Of a DNA stretch of 64,000 bases, positions 54,204 through 64,000 are shown piece after piece. The notes below the pieces were generated by a model. The model did no database searches. It saw only the letters and a list, made by a program, of their open reading frames with translations, and was not told the DNA's origin. The stretch's first letter is position 1; each line of letters begins with the position of its first letter. Origin of the DNA: Rhizodiscina lignyota (taxonomy: Eukaryota); the NCBI GenBank assembly GCA_010015805.1, contig ML978124.1:1178001-1242000 (forward strand), given 5' to 3'. Both the position numbers and the translations under genes were made by a program.

Positions 54204-55733
54204 ATGGCAGACTCCCCTGCTGTGCGGGTCCCGCTGGATCCTAAAGAGCAGCCCATCCTCGATAAGCTACTCCAAATACGTACGCACCTCGAATTGCTGA
54301 AGCAGGACAAGTCCACATACGTCAAGTCGCAAGACGTGCTGGAACTATACGGGAGGGTGATCGACGAGGTTAACAGACTCAATGACGTGCGGATAGAGAA
54401 ACGCGACGAGCAGAATCGCGTGGATACCGTCTTGGATGATTGCTTTCAGCTCATATCGCTGAGCTTCCTCACAATCGGCAAGAAGAATGAAGCGCCCGCA
54501 GTGTACTCGGCTATCTCCACGGTGAAGAGGCTCTTGGACCATTTGAAAGAGGCGGCTTTCTTTTCCGCAAAGGACTTGGAGGGTATTGATCACAGATTAC
54601 ACGACTACCGGGAGTGTGTGGAGAGAGGGCAGGATTCCTACGACCCGAGTCTCCTTACGCTGCTGGAGGCGAGATTAGACCTATGCGAGCAGACACTCGC
54701 GGAGTGCAAGTCGATGCTCTCACATCTCACGCCAGAATGGGCACCGACATATGAGAAGCTCGTCTCTATCCTGCGGTCGTTGTCTGCTTGCAATACAAGA
54801 TCAAAGGTACGTTGCAGTCTTCGAGAGAGACTTCCGCGCCACTAACGCTTCATACAGTTCCCATCATCAGAAGTCAAGGACTATCAGAACCAATTGAAAG
54901 AAATCGAAAAGTCTCTCGGCGAGAAGCATCTCGATTCTTCGGAGATCAGCGACTTGACAGAAAAGTACGCGGAGAAGTTACGGCAGACCAGCATAACTGG
55001 TCCTGGGCCTATGGAAATCCCATCGGAGCGAAGTCTCCTCGTCGATCTGCTGCACCGTTGCATCATCTGGTCCAAGATTATAACAGAGAAGCAAGGCAAG
55101 ATCAACGAGGACTTCAAGGACATCTTCGACAGGCTGCTCGGCATCAAGACTTCCTTGGATAAGCTGCAATTGACATATACCTGGTCCATGCGTGAAACAG
55201 ATCTGTACAACTACCAGCGCCAGCTCGACCGTATCGACGAGGCAAGGATCGAAGGAAATTGGGTCGATGCAAAAGGCCAGCCTGCGGATTTGCATTCGCA
55301 GAGAACCTTGCTATATCTACTCCGCAAGAGCTACGCACTGGTCTATCATCTTCTCATTTCGTCGGAGCCGGTATCGGAAGCACTACAACCGATATACAAC
55401 CAGCTCAGCACACTGAAGAGATGCTTGCTGGAGGTGCAAAAGGCCGGAGGCGTCAGCTCACCGAGGGAACTGTATCCGTATAGCATGAAGGTAAGTTTCG
55501 TGCATTCTAATATTTGCCATCTTCCCGTAGAGCTAACAATATGACAGCTGAACTCAATCGACAACATGCGCGTAGACGGAAAGTTCATGGTCGGCGATGA
55601 TATTCCTGACGGCCAAGCTGCCGTGAATCAGTTGCTCGCGGAATGCTTCGATATCGCTTACGACCTGAGAGCAGAGGCAGAGAACGAGAAGGAAGATGAG
55701 GATGGCGATGAGGCAATCGAATTGAAGTCGTAA
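54204..55733 (+). CDS. Conserved fungal protein of the YPL260W/UPF0662 (DUF2408) type, 3 exons
   Basis: PILDKLLQIR..L.LLKQDKSTYVKSQDV, DDCFQLISLSFLTIG, WSMRETDLYNYQ and SSEPVSEALQPIYNQLST. Family recognised from memory. Confidence 0.8.
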
Positions 55734-55938
55734 GAAGCGACCTGGGTTGCAATTTTGCATACAGTTGATTTAATCATGGACATCTGTCGAGGGGTGGGAG
55801 GCCGGAGTTTTTCCAAAACTTATCGCTTTGGCGGTTTACTCCTTCGGCGTACATCTTTCCTCTGGATGCATGTACGATGATACGGCGTTACGTATGCACG
55901 TCTTACGAACATTGATGCATGCAAAATGGGTTTTGCAG

Positions 55939-56563
55939 TTAAACCTGTATATTACTCAAAGTCATTATGCCATCTTCGGCCACGTCTTTGTCCTGAGTGT
56001 GTGCGTCGGCATCTACGAAAGTGAGATGATCTCCATAGGAAATACCTGCACGCGGTTGTCAAACGCTGACTCACGGAGCTAAGCAATCGGACAGGGAAAC
56101 CTCATCACTTACATAGCTCTTCGCCGACTTCTATGTCCCTAAGCGCCCGATATGTGATTATCAGGTGATCTATGTCGCGGGTCCAGGCCACATTCTGCTC
56201 ACGGGAGTGATTGAACATGCTTCCTAATCCAAATATCACAGCTTGCAACTTTTCGGTCTTGCCATCTCGTGTCTTGATAGGCCAATTACTAGAAAGCATT
56301 AGCTATTATCTGATAATACTCTGTAATTGCAAACGAAAATGTACAGGAAAAGGGACGACAGACTACGTATAATGATACAGCGAAGTCTTTTCTATATGCT
56401 CCCTATTCTCTTCTACGCCGAGGACTAGCACAGGACATACGTCTATGACCGTTCCCGCGGGAATACGAGCTGTTGCAAATATCCCTCTACCTTTTGGTGT
56501 CTCTGGAATCAGGGTAATGTTTGGACATCGAATGAGGGTGATATGCTCTGGAGAAGTGACCAT
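55939..56563 (-). CDS. Small stand-alone SET-domain lysine methyltransferase (S. pombe Set7-like), 3 exons
   Basis: KGRGIFAT, LGSMFNHS, RALRDIEVGEEL/CISYG. Stop at 55939-55941. Confidence 0.88.
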
Positions 56564-57625
56564 GGTGCTGATTTGATGAAGTGGCCGCTAACGGCCTTAA
56601 GAACGGTGAAGATGCTGTGATCCAAACACCTATAAATTTGCAATAAGGGGCTCTAACGTATAAAATTACTCTGAAGTGCTGTTGAATGTAAATGAGTTAA
56701 GTCGCTCCCTTAAAATCGAGAGCAACGTTAGGAGGTTGTCTTGAAAGATTTTCCGGCAGAGAAAGGCACCCGGACACTAGCCGATAGGGTGACTTGAGCA
56801 CCCAAATTTAGGTGCGGCCCCACTTAGAATTAGCTGGGCCGAGCGAGCCGCCTCCCAACCATACTCCTTACATATCGCAACGGCTGCATTGTCTCTCACA
56901 TTGTTGGCAAGTTTACAAACGAGTTTAAACAGCCAGCCCACAATTGCCTTACGCCCCTCTAGTATATATACCTCCTGAAACGAACACAATATTCCATCCG
57001 GAACCGTGGGCCTGCGGCCGCTGCGTCAAGAAATGCCTACGAAAACCACCGAGCTCAATGAAGATGTATTGCACTAAAATCTTCTCACATTTCTGCAACT
57101 CCAAGTCCACGCTTCGAAATATCGCTTCGACATGTCGGCACTTTGCTTGGCTCACTCGAGGGGTACATCTTCCGCGAGGTAGAAGCTGACACAGGCAGCT
57201 CAAAATCAGCACTGTTGCTTCGATCTCTGGAGAATAATTCTGGACTGAGCCGATTTGTCCGAAAAGCCAAAAATCAAACGTAAGAGTATTGGGAGATAGC
57301 ACAGTTAGTCCATCTGCAGTGTTATAATGTAATTGTCTGGATTTTCGAGAAGAAAAAGGTGGCCGGGTGAAGATTCACCATGAATAAGATCTCACCCTAT
57401 TTTGAACCGGCATGCCCAAGGAAGATTCCCAATTGTCGAACTGAACGCCGGAACTCCTCAATGCAAGCCGCACCACCAATCCAAGAAAGCAAAAGCCACG
57501 AAATCAACCGATCGATCCAAATCCATATTGTGTATCCACAGCTCGCAGCATCGTCGCCACTGAGGAGTACCTAGAATAAGAGTCTCTCTTGGACTCCGCT
57601 GTACATCAGCCCGTAGCCTGCCAGC

Positions 57626-58825
57626 TCAGTCGCTCAAGTCGACAATTTCGACCTGCTTGTCAACGTCATAGGACGTCCTCGCCCGTTTGCAGCGCTGTGC
57701 GCTCGTTATGACCACGCCCTCTTCGTCCCCGTCGAGTTCGATCTCACAGTTGACCTTCTCACGCTTGATATTCTCACTCTTAATCTTCTCCCTCTTGATT
57801 TGCTCAACCTTAATCTGCAAGCTCGTACCCTGCGTAAGTATCCGTGAGTAAAGTAACATTAGCTTGAAGTGTGAGAGTTGTCTTACCCTCTGGCGCCGAA
57901 GAAGCTCTCGCATCTCTTCCGGGCTTAAATCGTCGACTTCTCGCTCTTCGAGGGGGACTGGGGAGGGTGTTCGTGGCACAATTCCTTGGATCTTCAGGGC
58001 TTCTTTAAGGAATTCTCATCAGCAAATGACTATTCTGGACTGAAGAAGAGTACAACTTGCCGAGAGAGCGATAGCGAAAGCCGAATTCAGCAAGAGGAGC
58101 ATCTTCAGGATCGATACTTCCCGTCTTGAAGGTTTTCCACATGCCGTGTCTGTACGGAATAGGTTGATCAAGCCTGACTTCGTGTCAGTTCTGCTATTAG
58201 TGAAGACTAACACAAGCAACGTACTTGACTGTTTGCGAGATAGCGCGTCCCTTCAGAGCCTTTTCCGGGATGGGCTCGACGCCCAGCGCCGGGTCCTTCG
58301 CTGTCAGTGGAATCTCAGTCCCTTGAAGGATATTTTCGCGCCAGAGCCGGACTGAGATTGTCCCCAAAGACTGCATTTTCCTCTGAAGGCCTGCCGAGAC
58401 AGCCTCGGTGCTCTCCTCACCTACGACAATTAGTTTAGTTTCAGCATTTCGTCGTACGGACTGAACATACTGAACGAAATGTCAGCGAACAAAAACTTCT
58501 TCGAAGAGCACGAGCCATCTTCCGAACGACAATTCACTCCCTCAACCGTTAATTTATAACCATTTTGAAGATGAGAAGGCCCGAGAAGAACGCTTGTCGC
58601 ATGATCTCCGTCCAAGTAGATGCGCGAGGTGAGGCCAGTAGACTTGTGAGGGAAATCTTTTCCGATAATCCAGCGTAGTTCGAAATTCTCTCCTGATTTT
58701 GCCTCAACGTACTTCGTGATAGTGTTTGGATTCACTTCATCATTGTCATTATCATATCCAATGAGTTTCGAACCATTTGACCAGATCTCGACGGTAAGCT
58801 CTGGGATGCTTGGGAGGATCGCCAT
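57626..58825 (-). CDS. DUF7918-like uncharacterised protein, tandem paralog A (5 exons, apparently intact)
   Basis: MAILPSIPEL...TITKYVEAKSGENF, LGTISV, IPEKALKGRAIS, FGFRYRSL, IVPRTPSP.LEER, ending EIVDLSD*. Confidence 0.8.
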
Positions 58826-59573
58826 GCTTGTCGTGTCTTGAACGTGAAAGCCAGGATATACGCTTCCGAGAGAAGCAAATAGAGAAAGTGAGAGAGACAG
58901 AGTGTGCTGTAAGAAAGTAAGGTAATAAGGAGCTCGTTGAAGTTGATGGAGAGAAGTGGGGAGCAAAGCGAGTTGAGGTTATCATGTATCGCATGAGGAA
59001 GGAACCACCCTTATTGAGTGAATATAGATCACTGAAAGGAAGGAAAGTAGAGAAGACTCAAGAGGAAAACAGTGCCAAGAGGCAGTGCAGTCAGACAAGC
59101 TTATAAACAGCTGCTTGTGTGATTCGAAAGTCAATTCGAGTCTAGAATGCTCAAGGAGCTACAAGCTACACTTCGAAAGCTAGAATGTCCCGCGTCATGC
59201 GAATACAGTTCAAGTCTCCTGATGTCCAGGACAACTTTGGATTTAACTGGTCTAATGGACATGACAATATAAGCTGAAGTCTCCGTATACTCAGGAAACA
59301 CCAGACTTCCCGAAGATACTTTGGACGAAAGCTAGCATATGAAGCGACAAATTGCAATATGATGCAGATACATAGAATGCAGACTGCTACCGTCCAGCAC
59401 CATGTGCCTCCCCTCAGAACTCCGATTTTGTAGACTTGAATAAGACCACCCTAATGATGTAGAGCAACTATATGTTATGTGCGAGCAAGATGATGCAACG
59501 AAATTCCGAATCGTTGTGATCTCTACTTACTGAGGTGTGAGAGAGGTTGAAGATCAGGAAAGGAGACAGTGGG

Positions 59574-60738
59574 TCAGAGAGTCAAATCGATCACGGGGAG
59601 CTCATTGTCCTTTGCAGATGATCTTGTCCTCTTCGCGGGGCGTTCGTGGATGACCCGGATCTCGTCGTCCGTAGTCGTTTCGCTATCATCGTCGATGCGT
59701 TCTCGTTTGGCCTCCCTCTTCACCTTCTTTAGCGCGCCATTGCTCTCCTTAAACGGAGTCAGCTGTTTCCCAAAAACCAATGGTAAGTAGTAATATCCAA
59801 CTTACTCTTTCGCGCCGAAGGAGCTCTCGTGCTTCTTCCAAGCTTAGATCGTCGATATCGCGTTCCTCTAAACGTTCGGGAGATTCGCTCCGTGGAACAA
59901 TACACATGGCTTTCAGCGCTTCTGTAGGATGTTTAGCAAAAAGATACCTGTGCCCTGTGCCGAGCAGACTGTAAAATAGGAAGTTCACACTGACCCAGCG
60001 AGCGATAGCGAAAATTGAAGGTTGCTAAAGGTTTATCTTCGGGATCTTTCAAATCTGCTCTCAATGTGTTTACTGAGGGGAGATTACGGGCTGTGCCAAA
60101 TCCAATAGAGATGATTAGCAAGGCATTGGCATGGAGTGTTATGAGTCCTCACTGGACCTTGTGTGAGACAGCCATTCCTTTGAGTGCCTTCTCTGGGATG
60201 GTACCGACATCCTGGAGCTTTGAGTCGTCGGGAGGGGAAGTTACTTTCTTAACGCTGTAACAACGATGCACACGAATGGAAATCTCGCCAATCCTTTGAA
60301 TACTCTTTCGCAATTCTTCCTGCCGGCCTCTAATGTCGTCCTCGCCTGCAAACGCTGGTTAGAAGAGTATGATGCTAGAGACCAGAGGCAGCTCACTGGT
60401 AGTGAGTTCCGAGAAGCGCAGAGCTCGCTCCACCCATGAGCCCTTCTCACGTCGCATAACTCCAGGGAGGTAATTTTGGCTACCAGTTCTCCCAAGCTGT
60501 CCTTCGCGGAAGCCGATGCCATCGACCCACTTCCCGTCGATGCGGAATTCCACATTGATCATCTCATGTATATGCTGGAAGCGTTTATCAACGGCCCAAT
60601 GTATTTCGAATTCTTTGCCGGAAACTGCTTCAATGTATTTCGTCACAGTTTGTCTTCGTCGAAGTCATGTTCGGGTAGTCTTTCACCAGAAACATGGATT
60701 TCAAACTCCAGTCCGGGAATGCTAGTGAGAATCGCCAT
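59574..60738 (-). pseudogene. DUF7918-like tandem paralog B, frameshifted
   Basis: Same motifs and intron positions as A and C. The frame from ATG 60738 hits TGA after 31 codons, while TVTKYIEA continues in another frame. Confidence 0.7.
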
Positions 60739-61693
60739 ATTCGTGCCAGGGTCTGATGGTAGCGAGCAGGAATGAAGGATGAATGAGTTGGCGACGAACG
60801 AACTCTAAGCAGAGGAGACCTGGAAGATGAGCCCTCCAAGTCTGAGAATCGGACTGGCGCGTGGCCAACTGCTATATTAAGTGTCAGATGAAAAAAAGCA
60901 AACAAAGCAGTATTGTCTAACACTCACATTGATGGAAATGCACGCGTCAGAGTGGTCAATTGATGGGAGGGGTTCGCGCCTGATGTCAGAGTGGTTGAGA
61001 CGGAGTTCGAGACTGAGCTCCAGCCGCGCCGCGTCGCGCCTGAAACGCGTTTTCACGTGCGTGGCTGCAAGCCATTCGCGAGCCAAGCTCCGGCACCCCG
61101 ACCTGAAAATTGAAATGGATCAAAGTGGAAGTCTTTGGAAACTCTTCCATAATGAAATTAAAGAAGTTAGAATACGAAGGAGCTAGTTTCCCGTGAGGGA
61201 ACAATCTACAGAGCCGCTCTATTAAAGTCGACTTCCGGACTTCCAAGAGGTTTCCACATATTGATGAGATATTAGAGGTTATCAGGGTGTAGCTTGCCAG
61301 ACTTGCCTTTTAGAAGATTTGCTTCTCATTGTTTTGTCGTCCAGAACAGAAACTGTTGCAGGTCTCATACGCCCACGAGAAATCAGCTCTTTCGTATTGA
61401 ACGTGCACATATGATTGTCTAAAGACATTCCCCATTAATCTGAACTCATGATGCCCTAACTAACAAACATCCCGCTGCAAATGAAGCAAATACACATCTG
61501 ATAAGAGCATCCGGAAGGAGGATACGTGTGTGAGTACTGTACAACACCTGTGTGTGCCTGGACAAATGCGTAATTGTGATGAAACTCCGAAGATCCCCTC
61601 TCACACAGAATCGTTGAAGAGAAAACAGAATGCAAAGAAACAATGGGCACCACCACGCTCCTGTGCTCCTCATTCTGGTGCTTCTGGGCCATT

Positions 61694-62861
61694 TCACTCA
61701 GTGAGGTCAATGATCTCTGCGGTACTGTCTGGACGCGCGCGTTTATGTGGTCTAGCATCGGTTACGACAGGCACATCCTCGTCGTCGGAAGCATCGTCAT
61801 CGTCATTTGGTCGTTCTCTCTTTAGCGACTCCAATTTGACTCGCTTATGGAATTCATCGGTTGTCTGAAGTATGTAAGTAAAAGCTGGTGAGGTGATGTT
61901 GTGTATCATACGGTGTGTCGACGGGCAAACTCAAGAAGCTCCTCTCGAGTGAGGGATTCCGGATTCTTCTTCATGCGAACTTCGAAGGGTTCCGGCGACG
62001 GACTGCGAGGGATGATATGGAGATCTTTTAAAGCAGCTATGTAATACAGAATAAGTCAGTTCCGTAGCTGACAGAAGTGACGTTTTATGGGTAGGGATGC
62101 GTACCTAGAGACCGAAATCTAAAGTTGAAGGTGGCGAAGGGCTTCTCCCATGGATCGATCTGTTGAGAATTCCAGACAGTGCAAGGGTTGGTGGGCATCT
62201 TTTCTTCGAAGCTAAGGATCTGTAAGCAATTTCGAAACGCCTTTAAACGGGCCAATCTTACGTGGCGCGATGGGAGATCGCGCTCCCTTTTAACGCTTTC
62301 TCTGGGACGACTCCCACATCGTTGAGATATCCACTTGGTATTCCAGGCATGACCTTCTTGACCTTCTTCACTCGCCAGAAGCGGACAGAGATAACACCCA
62401 GTGATTGGATTTTAACCTTCTCGCGCTCGGTGATTTTGCGGACATCCCCGTCGTCTGTATATGTCAGAAAAAACACAATGGAAGTGACTCTGGATAATTA
62501 ACTCACCTATTTCGAGCTTGGAGAAGAGGTATTTCCTCAGGACCCATTCCCCTTTCTCGTAACGGTGGGCGCCATTCTGGATGATGTCCTTACCGCTGGT
62601 AAGATCGTCTTCTGACCAGAGAATACTATCGACCTCTTCTCCGTCAATATAGATATGTACAGCGATGGCATATTGTGCGTATGGGAACCAGCGTGAGATA
62701 TTCAAGTGAATTTGAAACCGTTCACCGGATTTTGACTCGATGTATTTGGTTATCGTGTTAGGCTGCTCAGCTTCATCGTCATCGATGTTATACTCCTTGA
62801 GAATGCGCCCTCCAGACATAATGTCCACGCGCACGCCAGTCATGGTGGGGAATATCGCCAT
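61694..62861 (-). CDS. DUF7918-like uncharacterised protein, tandem paralog C (5 exons, intact)
   Basis: MAIFPTMTGV...TITKYIESKSGERF, LGVISV, VPEKALKGSAISH, FNFRFRSL, IIPRSPSP, ending EIIDLTE*. Confidence 0.82.
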
Positions 62862-63401
62862 GCTGCGAGCTTCATACGGCGTAGAGGTAACTTGTTGAGG
62901 TGAGAGGGGAAGCCCGCACTCGAAAGTAGAGTAAGGCTTTGAAGTTGATGAAAGATAGAGTCAAGAGTTTTTTTTGATGCGAGGTACGCAAAAGAGTAAA
63001 GAGAGCCGTCAAAATAAGTGAAGAAGTTGGTCCCCCGATGCTAAGCCGTGTTTGGCACCGTGCGCCTTCCTCTCCTGCCCAGCCCAGTGCAAAGAACAAG
63101 TTAGAATTATGCTGAAGAGTCATGTAATTAACAAAATAGAGCCGTTAAGGGCCACTATGAGGCGACTCTCAATTCTGGTAATGAGCATCTCAAGCTCGAT
63201 GCAAGCGGCCATGGCTAAGCATAAGGAAACATCGTCATACGTTACTGTGTACGCCGAAAAAGTCATGCGCCCAATTCCTGGTATCGCAGCCAACCTGAAT
63301 GCAATTCGCCGTCCATTCTATGCAGATGCTTCCCATCAGAAACAATAGAAACCTTTGACGTGTTCTTCTTCCTCCGTGTTCTCTCTTTTCCCTTACTTCT
63401 A

Positions 63402-64000
63402 TTACCATGGTCCGACGCGCACAGGCGAGGAGCCTAGACCATACGTTCCGTTCAGCAACTGTTGTCGTATGGACATGCCATCTCCTTGACCCGCGCCAAG
63501 CTGTCCTGGGAAGCCACCTCCGCTCATCCATCCCAGGCTGCTCTTCAGCTCGTTCACCGCGTCCTCCATCTTGCCACCGCTCATTTCATTGTGCCTCGCA
63601 ATCTTCTGGTCCCATCCACCGTTCAGCAGCTGGATGCCGCCTCCTCGCTTCGCGGCCTCTCGAACAACCACTGCCCATGCCTTGGCCACCTCCTCGTAAG
63701 CCTCAGCCTTGTGCCGGCTGTGTGCGAAGCTGTCCCACTCTGGTAGTCGATGAATGACCTCTGTAGCGTGGTCAAGGTAGTTCAGACTCGTGCTTGTCTG
63801 CGGCTCATTCGGGGGAAGGAAGTGTGGTGTGTAGTCTTTTAGCGCATCGAGTAGCTGCATCAGAGGCTGCCGCACACGGTTGTAAGCATAATCGGATGAC
63901 TGAGAGCCACCGAACGGAAACGCCTTGCGTAGCTCTGCCTCGTAGTTGTGAAGGATCGAGACAACAGAAGATACCGAAGGGCGAGGAGCGAGAGACACAA
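63402..64000 (-). CDS. STS1: Nuclear proteasome tether Sts1/Cut8 (3' portion, 5' end outside window)
   Basis: APRPSV...[30 protein letters not shown] and GWDQKI..HNEMSGG. Confidence 0.85.
   Translation of the reverse strand, partial: VSLAPRPSVSSVVSILHNYEAELRKAFPFGGSQSSDYAYNRVRQPLMQLLDALKDYTPHFLPPNEPQTSTSLNYLDHATEVIHRLPEWDSFAHSRHKAEAYEEVAKAWAVVVREAAKRGGGIQLLNGGWDQKIARHNEMSGGKMEDAVNELKSSLGWMSGGGFPGQLGAGQGDGMSIRQQLLNGTYGLGSSPVRVGPW

Noticed and set aside
56777..57302. Two overlapping minus-strand ORFs that might be a decayed gene
   Set aside because: No recognisable family or splice structure.

Overview
Eukaryotic genomic DNA from a filamentous ascomycete (Pezizomycotina, probably Dothideomycetes; inferred from short GT-AG introns with RCTRAC branch points and from the protein families). 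It is gene-dense, with about 24 protein-coding loci. Most are core genes: RSP5, ECM33, MAG1, a catalase-like protein, RUD3, PKA catalytic subunit, ECM14, a Sec7-PH GEF, two MFS transporters, a class-3 lipase, PDS5, PPC decarboxylase, RPP1, a YPL260W-like protein, a small SET protein and STS1. Four accessory parts stand out. (1) At the left end, a head-to-head pair of a HeLo-domain pseudokinase with MLKL-like architecture and a kinase-ankyrin protein, resembling a RIPK-MLKL necroptosis-type module. (2) At about 49.45-49.62 kb, an unannotated minus-strand candidate Pol III RNA gene with TATA box, 5' cUUCGg hairpin, apparent spliceosomal intron, B-box and T10 terminator. (3) A Clr5-domain gene interrupted by two in-frame TGA codons in the same TC-TGA-CA context. 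(4) A tandem triplet of DUF7918-like paralogs with SUMO-site and SIM-like tails, the middle copy disrupted. All family assignments come from motif recognition by eye, and no database searches were run. Exon boundaries were read manually.
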